64,000 bases of DNA from Candidatus Nomurabacteria bacterium (GTDB taxonomy: Bacteria > Patescibacteriota > Minisyncoccia > Phycocordibacterales > UBA2100), in NCBI GenBank assembly GCA_943356775.1, contig CALRFU010000005.1:11671-75670 (forward strand), given 5' to 3'. Each line of letters begins with the position of its first letter. Within the stretch, counting starts at the first letter, position 1. Shown here piece by piece: positions 47,123 to 57,718 of the stretch. A program made the position numbers and the translations under genes. Below the pieces are notes generated by a model that was given only the letters and a program-made list of their open reading frames with translations, was not told the origin of the DNA and ran no database searches.

Positions 47123-49171
47123 CTAAATGTCCAGGGTCGCTTCTTTCGCGTGTGACTGGATGAATGACTTGCGTGCAGGGACATCGGTACCCATGAGCAT
47201 ATCGAAGACCATGTCGGCCTCTTGAGCGTCTCCTATGTTCACCTGTAAGAGAATGCGGCGGGTAGGGTCCATAGTGGTCTCCCATAATTCATCTGAGTTC
47301 ATTTCTCCCAGACCTTTGTAGCGCTGGACGGATACTTTCGGAGATTTCTTCGCCTTTGTCTCCTCTTCGACTTCTTCGGTCTCCGGCTCTCCCTCCGGCT
47401 CTGCTTCCTCGAGCGGCATATCCTTGCCGACGAGCTTGATGCGTTCCTCATCGGAATATGCGTAATGCACTTCTTTGCCTTTGCGCACCTTGAAGAGCGG
47501 CGGCTGTGCGATGTAGAGGAATCCCCCGTCTATGACCGGGCGGAAGTGGCGGTACATGAGCGTGAGCAAAAGCGTGCGGATGTGTGCGCCGTCCACGTCG
47601 GCATCGGTCGCGATAATGATTTTGTGGTAGCGCAATTTCGTCACGTCGAAGATATCGCCTATTGCGGTACCGAGCGCCACTACCAGGTTGCGAATTTGTT
47701 CTGAAGCGAGCATTTTGTCGATGCGTGCGCGTTCGATGTTGAGTATTTTGCCGCGCAAAGGAAGGATTGCCTGGATGCGGCGGTCGCGGCCCATTTTTGC
47801 AGTACCACCCGCCGAATCTCCTTCCACAATGAAGAGCTCTGATTCTGAAGCGTCTTTTGTCTGACAGTCGGCGAGCTTCCCCGGAAGCGTCATGCCGTCG
47901 AGCGCCCCCTTACGCATGATGCTGTCTTTGGCGGCTTTTGCGGCCTTACGCGCCTTCATCGCGAGCGTAATCTTGCCGAATATGGCACGTGCCTCTTCAG
48001 GGTGTTCTTCAAGGAACATGCTGAACGCCTCACCGAAGACGGTCTCGGTAGCGCCACGCGCCTCGACGCTTCCCAACTTACCCTTGGTCTGACCTTCGAA
48101 TTGAATCTCGCGCAATTTTACCGACACCACAGCCGTGAGGCCTTCGAGTGCATCATCGCCCGTAAAGCTGTCGCTCTCTTTGCCGCCGCCGTTCTTGGCA
48201 TTGAGCGTGCGTGTGAGCGCGGTCTTGAATCCTGTGATGTGCGTGCCGCCTTCGGCGTTGTAAATGTTGTTTGCAAACGCGGATATGCGTGAAGTGATGT
48301 CGTCGACATACTGCAGTGCGATTTCAACTTGTACGCCGTCCTGCTCTTTCTCTACGTAAAAGACGGTCTTGTGTACTGCTTCAAGGTGATGATTTTGGAA
48401 CGAAACGAGACTCCGCAAACCGCCCTCGAAGTAGAAGGTGACCGACGGGGCATCAATCCCGAGTTCGCGCAGATAATACACATCTTCGTCTTTGACCTTT
48501 TCGGCGTTCCGCAAGTCAAGTATTGAAATACGCAGACCCTTTACTAGGTAGGCCTGTTGGCGCATGTGCGCCACAATCGTGTCCCAGTTCAGGACGCGGT
48601 CGGGAAATATCGTTGCGTCCGGTTCGAAAGTGATAATCGTACCGTGCATTTTGGATGTTCCGATTTTCTTGATTTTGCTTACGGGCTTACCGATTTTGTA
48701 CTCCTGTACGTACTGTCCGCCGTCACGATGCACTTCCGCGCGCATGTATGTCGAGAGTGCGTTCACGACCGCGGCACCGACTCCGTGCAAACCTCCGGAC
48801 ACTTTGTAGCCTTCGCCGCCAAACTTTCCTCCGGCGTGCAGTATGGTGAGTACGGTTTCAAGAGTTGAGACCTTTGTCTTGGGGTGCACTTCGACGGGGA
48901 TACCACGACCGTTGTCGGCGACGCGCACGCGATTGTCGGGCAAGAGCGCTATCTCAATGTCATTGGCGAAGTCGCCCATGGCCTCGTCGCGCGAGTTATC
49001 GAAGATTTCCCAGACAAGATGGTGGAGGCCCGCGGTACCGGTGGTGCCGATGTACATGCCCGGCCTCCGGCGTACCGCCTCCAAACCTTCGAGGACGGTA
49101 ATGTCAGAGGCTCCGTAGGAGCCTTGTTTTGTCGCCTTTTCAGGGGCTGCTTTTGCCTTCTTTTCAGCCAT
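47123..49171 (-). CDS. gyrB: DNA gyrase subunit B
   Basis: VRRRPGMYIG, DNGRGIP, LHAGGKF, VEGDSAGG, TDADVDG, RYKGLGEM. Confidence 0.93.
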   Translation of the reverse strand: MAEKKAKAAPEKATKQGSYGASDITVLEGLEAVRRRPGMYIGTTGTAGLHHLVWEIFDNSRDEAMGDFANDIEIALLPDNRVRVADNGRGIPVEVHPKTKVSTLETVLTILHAGGKFGGEGYKVSGGLHGVGAAVVNALSTYMRAEVHRDGGQYVQEYKIGKPVSKIKKIGTSKMHGTIITFEPDATIFPDRVLNWDTIVAHMRQQAYLVKGLRISILDLRNAEKVKDEDVYYLRELGIDAPSVTFYFEGGLRSLVSFQNHHLEAVHKTVFYVEKEQDGVQVEIALQYVDDITSRISAFANNIYNAEGGTHITGFKTALTRTLNAKNGGGKESDSFTGDDALEGLTAVVSVKLREIQFEGQTKGKLGSVEARGATETVFGEAFSMFLEEHPEEARAIFGKITLAMKARKAAKAAKDSIMRKGALDGMTLPGKLADCQTKDASESELFIVEGDSAGGTAKMGRDRRIQAILPLRGKILNIERARIDKMLASEQIRNLVVALGTAIGDIFDVTKLRYHKIIIATDADVDGAHIRTLLLTLMYRHFRPVIDGGFLYIAQPPLFKVRKGKEVHYAYSDEERIKLVGKDMPLEEAEPEGEPETEEVEEETKAKKSPKVSVQRYKGLGEMNSDELWETTMDPTRRILLQVNIGDAQEADMVFDMLMGTDVPARKSFIQSHAKEATLDI

Positions 49172-49243
49172 ATGTAGTCCTTTGAGTATACCCGAAAATC
49201 ACCGCATTGGGAAGCGGAATTTGGGGAAAAATGCGGCTCTATA

Positions 49244-51043
49244 TCAACGTATTTCGAAACCTTTGCCCTTGAGAAACAGAGAGACCTTTTCCATCACTTT
49301 ATTTGCTTCCTCATCAGTAAGTGTTTTCTCAAATGACTGAAATACGAGCCGGAATGCGAGTGATACTTTCTCACCTTTTTCAAATCGGTCGAAGAGTTCG
49401 CTGCGTACCAGAAGCTCTTTATCCTGAGCAGAGTCGAAGGACCCCGCTTCCTTCCGGATAACTTGCAAGAGATCTTCGGCATCTGTCCCCACCGGTGTCC
49501 ACAGGGCAATATCACGTACGATGAACGGATAGCGCGAGAACGGCTGGTAACGTTCGGTACCCGAGATTGGTAAATCCTCATATGCAGGAGACTCGATTGA
49601 TTCAAGCGGGACTTCTTTCACTCCGCCCTTATCGGCAGTGCCGAGCATAATTTCCTCCTTTCCTCCGCGCCACACGGTGCCGATTTCAAACACATTAACT
49701 TCCTTGAGGCCGAGCAGATCCTTGTTGCGGGAATTTTTCTCCAGGGCATCTTTGAGGCCGTCGGTAAGATTCGCACGAAGGTATGGACGTACACCGTCAA
49801 CTTTGTTTGCGACAAGACGCTCCCCTTTCTCAGCAAAAACACTCGTGAAGACTTCGGAATATCCCTTCGAAGTTAGATCCGCTCGTACTTGCTCGCTCGC
49901 ATAAAAATTGCCATTAATTTGGGGCTTTTGAGGAAACGTGACGAGCTCAGTCGCGGGTATCTTGTCGTACCCCACGATACGCGCCACTTCTTCGACGATA
50001 TCCTCAGGAATGACGAGGTCGAGTCGTTCGAACGATGGGGCGACGGTAAAAACTTCGCCCTCCTGCATGCGTGAGAGGTCAAGACGTTTGAACACGTCGG
50101 CAATATCAGCGGCACCAAGTTTTGTTCCGAGAGTGTCATTAATCTGTTGGAGCGAAACGACCACATGCCTCTGAGTCGACTGACGGGCGCGGGTAATCCC
50201 GTACTCAACAATCTCTCCGCCTGCGACGGAGCGAACGAGTTCTGTGACCGCATAGATACCATATACAGAGAGCTCGTCGGGCATTTCGTTCTCGAACCGT
50301 TTTGCCGCTTCGGTGCGCTGATTGAATCGTTGTGCCGCTTTGCGTGTCTGGGTTGGCTCGAATTTGCTGGCGGAAAGAAGTATTTCGGTCGTATCCCCTG
50401 CTAGCTCTGCACGCATTCCGCCTTTCACTCCGCCGATATCTACCGCTTCACCCGAGGCATTCATGATGACGGCTTCTTCACCCGTAAGCTCGACTGACGC
50501 GCCGCCGAGAAGTGCCAATTGTTCGCCTTTTTTGGAGCATCGTATCCCATACCGAACCACGCCCCCCTCTTTGAACGTTTCCGCTGCAAACGCATGTGTC
50601 GGCATTCCAATGTCGAACATGACGTAGTTCGTCGCATCGACGACGTTGTTGATGGAACGTTGCCCCACAGATTCGAGACGCGCTTTGAGCCATTCTGGGC
50701 TTGGTCCGATTTTGACACCTGTCATATAGGCAGCCGCCCCCACAGGAGCTCGGCCTACATCTTCTACAATCACACTCAATTTCGAACCTAGGGGGGTATT
50801 GGGAAGCTGCGTGCGCAAAGGATCATGCTTCATCGGTATGTCTAAAATAGCAGACAGCTCTTTTGCGATACCGCGATGCGAGAGACAATCGTGCCCGCGA
50901 TTCGGCGTGACTTTTACATCAAGAACTTCTCCTTCTATGCTTTCTATCTCGAACGCGTGGAATGTAAGCGTGTCCCCGAGCACCGCCGCATCCGGTAGCG
51001 GTGCAACAAAATATGTCTGGAGCCATTCGCGTGAGATTTTCAT
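49244..51043 (-). CDS. pheT: Phenylalanine--tRNA ligase beta subunit (shortened)
   Basis: TPNR..DCLSH.GIA.E, NNVVDATNYVM, D.VEEVARI.GY, C-terminal FDX-ACB; 599 aa. Confidence 0.93.
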   Translation of the reverse strand: MKISREWLQTYFVAPLPDAAVLGDTLTFHAFEIESIEGEVLDVKVTPNRGHDCLSHRGIAKELSAILDIPMKHDPLRTQLPNTPLGSKLSVIVEDVGRAPVGAAAYMTGVKIGPSPEWLKARLESVGQRSINNVVDATNYVMFDIGMPTHAFAAETFKEGGVVRYGIRCSKKGEQLALLGGASVELTGEEAVIMNASGEAVDIGGVKGGMRAELAGDTTEILLSASKFEPTQTRKAAQRFNQRTEAAKRFENEMPDELSVYGIYAVTELVRSVAGGEIVEYGITRARQSTQRHVVVSLQQINDTLGTKLGAADIADVFKRLDLSRMQEGEVFTVAPSFERLDLVIPEDIVEEVARIVGYDKIPATELVTFPQKPQINGNFYASEQVRADLTSKGYSEVFTSVFAEKGERLVANKVDGVRPYLRANLTDGLKDALEKNSRNKDLLGLKEVNVFEIGTVWRGGKEEIMLGTADKGGVKEVPLESIESPAYEDLPISGTERYQPFSRYPFIVRDIALWTPVGTDAEDLLQVIRKEAGSFDSAQDKELLVRSELFDRFEKGEKVSLAFRLVFQSFEKTLTDEEANKVMEKVSLFLKGKGFEIR

Positions 51044-51044
51044 A

Positions 51045-51776
51045 TCAGAATTGATTGATGAATCTCAAATCCGCCGAGTGCATGAGACGAATGTCGTCGA
51101 TACTCCAGCGTAGAATCGCAAGTCGATCCAATCCCATGCCGAAGGCAAAACCGCGATATTTCGAAGGGTCCACTCCCGCGTTTTTCAATACATTCGGATG
51201 AACCATTCCCGCTCCCATCATTTCTACCCAGCGACCTTGCAACTTCTCTGGCACATTTTTGCCTGTAAGCCGCATATCCACTTCAAGCCCCGGTTCGACG
51301 AACGGGAAAAAGCTCGGACGGTATCTGGTTTCGACCTCGATACCATCGAACAATTTTTGTAGGAAATGATTGATGCTCCATTTCATGTGCCCGAGTGTTG
51401 TATCGTCTGATACGACCAACCCTTCGATTTGGAAAAACTCGGCCTCATGCGTCATGTCTGTTGCCTCGTTGCGAAAAACTTTACCCGGCACGATGACGCG
51501 ATATGGCGGAAGAATTCCCTTCTTCATTTGCGCCTCCATGTAGCGGACTTGCACAGGAGAGGTATGCGTGCGAAGCACCATTCCTGGTTCATCCTTGATA
51601 AAAAAGGTGTCCTGCATGTCTCTAGCGGGATGGTCCTTCGGCACATTCAGCGCGTCGAAGTTGTACCATTCGGTCTCAAGAAGTGGACCTTCGGCGAAGG
51701 TGAATCCCATATCGAAAAAGATCCGGTTGGCCTCGCGAATAAGGGATGAGATTGGATGAATGCTCCCAGGCTTCAT
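51045..51776 (-). CDS. pheS: Phenylalanine--tRNA ligase alpha subunit (no N-terminal coiled coil)
   Basis: NFDALN.P.DHPARDMQDTF, LRTHTSPVQ, FPFVEP, GFAFGMG.DRL. Confidence 0.96.
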   Translation of the reverse strand: MKPGSIHPISSLIREANRIFFDMGFTFAEGPLLETEWYNFDALNVPKDHPARDMQDTFFIKDEPGMVLRTHTSPVQVRYMEAQMKKGILPPYRVIVPGKVFRNEATDMTHEAEFFQIEGLVVSDDTTLGHMKWSINHFLQKLFDGIEVETRYRPSFFPFVEPGLEVDMRLTGKNVPEKLQGRWVEMMGAGMVHPNVLKNAGVDPSKYRGFAFGMGLDRLAILRWSIDDIRLMHSADLRFINQF

Positions 51777-51790
51777 AGCCGCTCAGTATA

Positions 51791-52642
51791 CTAGAGTCCT
51801 GTTATCTCGTAGAGTGCGGTGCCGTCCTTCACGATGAGGTGCCCGCCGACGATACGGAAATCCGCTCCGCGCACGGGATAGAGCTGTATCGAGAGCGGCT
51901 CGGGACGGATATCTATCTCTTCGAGAAAAACTCCTCCCTCTTTAGTCGTATACACGACACCGCCGCCGAAAAATTCCGCACTAATTGTATTCTGCTTCCC
52001 GCTCTCAATGAGGATTTCAGTACTACAGGTAGACGGTCCACGACAAAAGCGGCTCGGAGGAAGAACGCCTGCGTCTGTCCAGAGCACTGAGACATTTCCC
52101 TTCTGGATCGCGATGACCTCGTTCGTCGGCTTGTGAAGCGGCTCGGTCGGTGTCGAAGTTGCGCTCGACGGCAGGAATGCCTTTTTATAGGACTCATAGG
52201 TGAGGTGCGGGGTCGCCTTCGTCGATGTTGCAATCGTCGAGGAAGCTACCTTGGCGACATCCACTAGCCGTACAGAGGTAATCTCAAGTGGTACGAGAAA
52301 CGCTTGCGCGTCTGTGACAAGCTCTGGTTCAACGACGAGCGTACGGTGCCACGGATGTTCTCCCTCGCGCGTCACAAGTACCTGATACTGGCCCGGCGCC
52401 AGATTGTCTACATAAAAATTGTGTCGAAGGAAACCGGATGTCCCGATTTCTGCGCCATTGAGGGAGAGGAGCGCATCGCTTTTTGAAATGGAGATAATGA
52501 TGCTCCCCGTACGCACAAACCCTACTCCACTCTTAAATCGGTAACCATTGGCGTAGAACATCACGACGGGAAGACACAGAACGAACACCGTAACGAGCCC
52601 GTAGAGATAGAGACGGCGACGGCGTTTAGACAATGGTTGCAT
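51791..52642 (-). CDS. Membrane-anchored PEGA-domain protein
   Basis: N-terminal TM, YA.GYR, TGSI.I, NLAPG.Y.V.V.REG..PW. Confidence 0.7.
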   Translation of the reverse strand: MQPLSKRRRRLYLYGLVTVFVLCLPVVMFYANGYRFKSGVGFVRTGSIIISISKSDALLSLNGAEIGTSGFLRHNFYVDNLAPGQYQVLVTREGEHPWHRTLVVEPELVTDAQAFLVPLEITSVRLVDVAKVASSTIATSTKATPHLTYESYKKAFLPSSATSTPTEPLHKPTNEVIAIQKGNVSVLWTDAGVLPPSRFCRGPSTCSTEILIESGKQNTISAEFFGGGVVYTTKEGGVFLEEIDIRPEPLSIQLYPVRGADFRIVGGHLIVKDGTALYEITGL

Positions 52643-52686
52643 GCGGAACAGTATACTCCCAAGACGGCGGGTACTAAAAAGTGGTC

Positions 52687-54243
52687 CTACTGACTTTTCG
52701 GCGCACTCAACTTACGCGATTTTGGAGTCACCCAAAAGCCCAAGTAGCGACCGAACATCAAGCGCATTTGCGCATCGAGACCCGGTATCGCACTGAAGAT
52801 GACCATGGTCATAGGGACCAGTATCCACTGGAGGAAGTGCATGAGGCTGTGGAACCGGGTCTTTTCATTTGGGCGCTCGGGCACCAGCCGCATAGCTATG
52901 GCCGCGGACACAAGAAGTCCGAAAAGGGATGCGGTGAGAAACCCCTTTGCGACAAGCGGCAGATTATATGAGAGAACGGTCGCATTGAACGCGCGGCCGC
53001 CCACGATAAGCGGCAACCAGCCCACAGCGAAGAGCACGAGCGGGTTCGTCGTCAGTGACCAGAAGCCTTCAATCTGCACAAACGCCGCGCGTACCTTTTT
53101 GCCGAATGGTATCCGGGGGTTCTTGATAAATGCAAAAAGAATGTAAGGGATATTTTCGGCTCCGTACGTCCACCGGCGGTGTTGGAGGTAAATATTTTTC
53201 GCGGTACCCCAGAAATTCGATGCGACGTTGGCATCCATAGAAACAGGGTACGCCATCGGTACAACGTCGTAGTCGCCATCGTAGCGGACGAAGAGATTCC
53301 AAAAGATACGGGAGTCCTCGGATACAACATTTTTCTGCCAATACCCGACTTCCCGCAAAGGCTTGAACGGTATCGCGTGAGAAGAGAAGGTCGCAAGGCG
53401 CTCGGGACGCTCCTGTTGAATCATCTGCCAGAAGGAGCTCGAATACGCAATAACGCGCGAGAGCATGGGTGCATCCCAGATGTTGTTGTTGTAAAGCGGT
53501 ATGGGCTGGAACGAGGTGCGCCCCGGCCGCTCCGACGTCAAGAAATGCCACGTGAGGCACCCGAAGTATTGCGGATAGACGACCGTGTCGATATCGAACG
53601 CGGAAACGATGGTTCTTTCGTACGGAATATTGTGTGCATCGAGTATCCGTGTGCGGGCTTCTTCAGCGGCGTATGAAATGTTGGAGCCTTTGCCGGGTAT
53701 TTCTCCGGGGAGGTTGGCGGGATGTTCGGTCACAATAAAAGCTCCGAAGTGACTTCCGAAATCAGCCGCGATGCGGTCCGCGACGGCACGCTGCGCCTTC
53801 CCGGCCCGTTCTTCTGCGGCGATGACAACGGCAATGCGCTTGTGGTCGTATTTTGACGCAAGCAGACCTTTTACACTCTCTGCGACCACTTCGTATCCTT
53901 CTGTATAGAAAGGAAAGATGACGAGATGGGTGATGTCTTGGTGGGAAAGATTTTTGAGACGGTCATTCCAGTCGATGCTCAAATTATGTTGTACGCGCTT
54001 AAAGTTGTGCCGCAAATGCGCCGACAAGTAGACGGTTTTGAGAAGCCAATAAACAGAGAAGATAATCGTGAGGTACGCCGCCCACACAGGCTTCTTGAAA
54101 GACAGGATGATGAACAAGAGGAGCGTGGCAAGTGAGAGAATCCCCGGCAACATCTCGAAAAGCCTGTAGATGACGCGGTCGCGCCCCGTAAGGTCGCTTG
54201 CCCGTCCGACGTGTAAATACCAGTATGTGTCTTTTGGATCCAT
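52687..54243 (-). CDS. GT2-family membrane glycosyltransferase
   Basis: GKGSN, FD.DT, SED, Q..RW motifs plus TM helices. Confidence 0.88.
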   Translation of the reverse strand: MDPKDTYWYLHVGRASDLTGRDRVIYRLFEMLPGILSLATLLLFIILSFKKPVWAAYLTIIFSVYWLLKTVYLSAHLRHNFKRVQHNLSIDWNDRLKNLSHQDITHLVIFPFYTEGYEVVAESVKGLLASKYDHKRIAVVIAAEERAGKAQRAVADRIAADFGSHFGAFIVTEHPANLPGEIPGKGSNISYAAEEARTRILDAHNIPYERTIVSAFDIDTVVYPQYFGCLTWHFLTSERPGRTSFQPIPLYNNNIWDAPMLSRVIAYSSSFWQMIQQERPERLATFSSHAIPFKPLREVGYWQKNVVSEDSRIFWNLFVRYDGDYDVVPMAYPVSMDANVASNFWGTAKNIYLQHRRWTYGAENIPYILFAFIKNPRIPFGKKVRAAFVQIEGFWSLTTNPLVLFAVGWLPLIVGGRAFNATVLSYNLPLVAKGFLTASLFGLLVSAAIAMRLVPERPNEKTRFHSLMHFLQWILVPMTMVIFSAIPGLDAQMRLMFGRYLGFWVTPKSRKLSAPKSQ

Positions 54244-54274
54244 GGTTATAAGTGTGTATCGAGGGTTACACTTG

Positions 54275-54347
54275 AGCCGCTTCCCAGATTCGAACTGGGG
54301 ACCTTCTCTTTACAAAAGAGTTGCTCTACCAACTGAGCTAAAGCGGC
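54275..54347 (-). tRNA. tRNA-Thr(UGU)
   Basis: GCCGCTTTAGCTCAGTTGGTAGAGC...TT-TGT-AA...GTTCGAATC...AAGCGGC-T cloverleaf; U discriminator; CCA not encoded. Confidence 0.95.
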
Positions 54348-54405
54348 TTCGTGAGGAACAACGTGAGAATATCAGATATTCCCGCTTTTTACGAATGATA
54401 CGAAC

Positions 54406-54813
54406 TTACTGTTCCGTGGTGGAGTCACCGGAGTCATCCACACCCCCGCTCTTGTGCTCCGCTACCTTCTTTAGAAATTCCGAGCGCGTATCCCGCTTCT
54501 CAAAACGGTGCTTGTAAGACACGAGGTCCGCGACCTGATGCGCATACCTCTCGGCCTTACGCGCGAAAGCGGCAAATCCGAGGGCAAACTGGTGAATGCC
54601 GATGCGCGACAAACGGACTGCTCCGGGGGGAATCTTCGAGAGGTCCAAGCGCGCGGCATCAAGCAATTCTTTGATCTGAAGAGCGCGGACATCAGCCTTC
54701 TGTCGCAGCACGGGAAAGAAGACGCGCTCTCGGCGTATTTCCCAGCTCTTGAGAGCAAACAGGAGGATGATGGACAGGAGTGAAATAGAAAAGACGGCAA
54801 TTGCAAGCGTCAT
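54406..54813 (-). CDS. Membrane-anchored hypothetical protein
   Basis: N-terminal TM helix. Confidence 0.7.
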   Translation of the reverse strand: MTLAIAVFSISLLSIILLFALKSWEIRRERVFFPVLRQKADVRALQIKELLDAARLDLSKIPPGAVRLSRIGIHQFALGFAAFARKAERYAHQVADLVSYKHRFEKRDTRSEFLKKVAEHKSGGVDDSGDSTTEQ

Positions 54814-54819
54814 ACTATG

Positions 54820-55401
54820 CTATTTGACGGAAAGCCGTTCAAAACGCACAACGACTATTTTCTCACCAAACTTTTGCACCGCGGAATCAATGAGTCCCCC
54901 CACGGTAATGCTTGAGTCTTTTACAAACGGCTGCTCGAGAAGCACGCGGTCGCGCAAATAGCTGTCCACCTTCCCCTCAATGGCCTTTGCGCGTGCCGCT
55001 TCTGGAACCTTGGCGGCCTCTTCTGCGAATACCTCACGTGCCGCTTTCAAATCAGCGTCTTTGATGTCATCGCGCGAGGTGAATTGCGGACCCATCGCGG
55101 CAACATGCATTGCGATACCGTAGGCAAGTTTAGAAAATTCCTCGTTCTTTGAGACGAAGTCGGTCTCGCAGCCAAGCACCACCGCACCCACAACCGTTCC
55201 TCCCGCATGGATGTACGCCGCAGCGACACCTGCCCCGAGTGCTCTGTCTGACTTCTTCGCAGCGATGACTGAGCTTATTTTGCGTAGAATGACCTTTGCC
55301 TTCTCGATGTCGCCGCCGGCTTCTTCCAAGGCTTTCTTACACTGCATAATAGCGACACCTGTCTGGTCGCGAAGCTCTTTTATTTCTTCAGTAGTTACCA
55401 T
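54820..55401 (-). CDS. tsf: Elongation factor Ts (short form)
   Basis: IKELR..TG..IM.CKKAL, CETDFV, LLEQPFVKD. Confidence 0.96.
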   Translation of the reverse strand: MVTTEEIKELRDQTGVAIMQCKKALEEAGGDIEKAKVILRKISSVIAAKKSDRALGAGVAAAYIHAGGTVVGAVVLGCETDFVSKNEEFSKLAYGIAMHVAAMGPQFTSRDDIKDADLKAAREVFAEEAAKVPEAARAKAIEGKVDSYLRDRVLLEQPFVKDSSITVGGLIDSAVQKFGEKIVVVRFERLSVK

Positions 55402-55446
55402 ATGAAAAATTTCTCTCTCAGTATAACGTATAAACTCATCCGAGGG

Positions 55447-56181
55447 TTACTTCCCTTCCGCTGTCTTTGCGTTTGCCGGAGCGCTCTTCGCCGCAGCGGC
55501 TGCTGATTTGCCCTCGGCGTAGCCCTCTCCTATCGCGTTTGTGACGAGCGCAATCGAACGCACAGACGTGTCATTTCCCGGAACCGGGTACTGTGTGAGC
55601 GAGAAATCGCAATCAGAGCTGGAGAGTCCGATAACGGGAATCTTGAGCTGGTTGGCTTCCAATACCGCGGTTTTCTCGTGACGCGTATCGACGATGAAAA
55701 GGGCGGCGGGAAGGTCGGTCATTTTTACGAGACCGCCGAAACGCCCGAGGAGTTCGGTTATTTCGCGGTCAATCATAAGACGCTCGCGCTTTGTGTACTT
55801 CTCGAGTGCGCCGCTCGCCCGCTCGCTCATGAGCTGCTCGAGACGGTCGATTCGCTTTCGGATGTTCTTGAAATTGGTGAGCGTGCCCCCGATCCAGCGT
55901 CCCGCGACGTACGGAGCCCCTACGCGCTCCGCGACATCTTTCACAATGCCAGTAGCCTCGTGCTTACCGCCGATGAAAACAACCTGCTTACCGGCCGCCA
56001 CAATGGACGTAACGAACGCGCAGGCCGCGTCGAGCCGTTTGGTCGTCTCCTCAAGGTCAAAAATATCAGTGCGGTCTTTTGTGCCGAAAAGAAACGGCGA
56101 AGCTGTCGGGTGCCGGCGCGCGCGGACGTAGCCGAAATGCGCACCTGCCTCAAAAAGCGTCTTAATATCAGATATTGTCAT
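55447..56181 (-). CDS. rpsB: 30S ribosomal protein S2
   Basis: AGAHFG, RWIGGTLTNF, PGND.S.RSI. Confidence 0.97.
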   Translation of the reverse strand: MTISDIKTLFEAGAHFGYVRARRHPTASPFLFGTKDRTDIFDLEETTKRLDAACAFVTSIVAAGKQVVFIGGKHEATGIVKDVAERVGAPYVAGRWIGGTLTNFKNIRKRIDRLEQLMSERASGALEKYTKRERLMIDREITELLGRFGGLVKMTDLPAALFIVDTRHEKTAVLEANQLKIPVIGLSSSDCDFSLTQYPVPGNDTSVRSIALVTNAIGEGYAEGKSAAAAAKSAPANAKTAEGK

Positions 56182-56301
56182 GTGCGGGAGATACTAACAA
56201 AACGGAGCCCCACAAGCAAGCTTGTGGGGCGGAGTCCCGTACCAAAATCAGGGAACGAGGAAAGTCTCCTCAAGATAAAGGGTGAGATTTTTGGTGTGGG
56301 A

Positions 56302-57282
56302 TTAGGCTGCAACACTCTCTCCTTTTTCCGCCTTCTCAAGCGCCTGGAGAATCGGCTCGATACCCCCGGCCATAATCTTCGGTACGTTGGACCACGATTC
56401 CTTGATGCGGTGGTCGGTCACGCGGTCTTGAGGAAAATTGTAGGTACGTATCTTCTCGGAGCGGTCGCCGGTCCCGACTTGCGCCTTGCGATCCGCCGCT
56501 CGCTCGCGTGCCTCACGCTCATCCTGCTTCTGTTGAATACGGCTTATCAGCAATGTCATCGCCTTCTCCTTGTTCTGCGCCTGTGAGCGCTCGGATGTAC
56601 ATTTCACGTCGATGCCCGTCGGCAAGTGGACGATGCGGACGGCGGTCTCTACCTTGTTGACGTTTTGCCCGCCGGCGCCGCCCGAGCGCGACGTCTCTAC
56701 CTCAAGGTCGGACGGATTTATTACAATCTTGGTGCGTTTGTATATCGGAAGAATCGCGACAGAAGCAGTCGACGTGTGGGTGCGTCCGGCCTTCTCTGTA
56801 GCCGGAACACGTTGCACGCGGTGTACGCCCGTTTCGTATTGTAGTGTGCGATAGACATCTCTCCCTTTTATTTCAAACTGCGCCTCCTTGTACCCGCCCA
56901 GGCTGCTGCGCGATTCGTCGAGAGCCTTTGAATTCCATCCCCTGGTCTCCGCATATTTCAAATACATTGCGGCGAGCTCTTCTGCAAAGAGTGCGGCTTC
57001 GTCACCGCCGACTCCGGCACGCACTTCGACGACTACCTCATTCGGCCATTCGCGCTCGTTGTCACCTCCGACGATAGACTCTATCTGACCCATCAGAACG
57101 CTTTTTTGGCTTTCAATATCACTAAGCTCTTTCTCCGCAAGCTCTTTCATTGCGGGGTCCACCTCAATCAACTCCTCCGCATCTTTTTCCGCTTGTGAAA
57201 GACGGTTCCATTCGGTAATAAGGAAAGAGACGCGATTATCGTCCGCGTATTCCTCAAGATTTATTTTCTTTTTTTCCGCCAT
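56302..57282 (-). CDS. prfA: Peptide chain release factor 1
   Basis: VQRVPATE (PxT motif), [23 protein letters not shown]. Confidence 0.95.
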   Translation of the reverse strand: MAEKKKINLEEYADDNRVSFLITEWNRLSQAEKDAEELIEVDPAMKELAEKELSDIESQKSVLMGQIESIVGGDNEREWPNEVVVEVRAGVGGDEAALFAEELAAMYLKYAETRGWNSKALDESRSSLGGYKEAQFEIKGRDVYRTLQYETGVHRVQRVPATEKAGRTHTSTASVAILPIYKRTKIVINPSDLEVETSRSGGAGGQNVNKVETAVRIVHLPTGIDVKCTSERSQAQNKEKAMTLLISRIQQKQDEREARERAADRKAQVGTGDRSEKIRTYNFPQDRVTDHRIKESWSNVPKIMAGGIEPILQALEKAEKGESVAA

Positions 57283-57336
57283 AGCGTAAGTATAACGCCG
57301 AGCCCCGCTTATGCGGGGCTCGGTCGTAGAGTAACG

Positions 57337-57606
57337 TTATTTCTTTGTATTTTTTACCTTCGTGGAAGCTGCGCGTTTCTTGAATTTGTCGACGCGCCCT
57401 GCGGTGTCGATGGTCTTGGCAGTACCCGTGTAAAAAGGGTGTGATGCGCTTGAGATTTCAACCTGGAAGACAGGGTACTCTTTACCGTCGTCCCACTTGT
57501 CGGTCTTATGCGTATCTATCGTAGAACCAATCAAAAAACGCTTCCCCGAGGTCGAATCCTCGAAGATAACCTGTCGGTATGAGTCCGGATGAATGTCTTT
57601 TTTCAT
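57337..57606 (-). CDS. rpmE: 50S ribosomal protein L31 type B (Cys-free)
   Basis: [30 protein letters not shown]. Confidence 0.95.
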   Translation of the reverse strand: MKKDIHPDSYRQVIFEDSTSGKRFLIGSTIDTHKTDKWDDGKEYPVFQVEISSASHPFYTGTAKTIDTAGRVDKFKKRAASTKVKNTKK

Positions 57607-57718
57607 AGCGATGCAACAATACCTCAAACCGAGCCGAAATACAAGCTCCCTGTTTGTCCAAGAGCGAAGCGATTGGTTACAAACAGCAGTCCCCTTGGGG
57701 GGAGATTTTCCTCTATTA

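Noticed and set aside
56205-57324. Hairpins at about 56205-56230 and 57298-57323 as members of the 38-bp family
   Set aside because: Shorter, GC-rich, looped and lacking the shared cores; more likely ordinary terminators or leader hairpins
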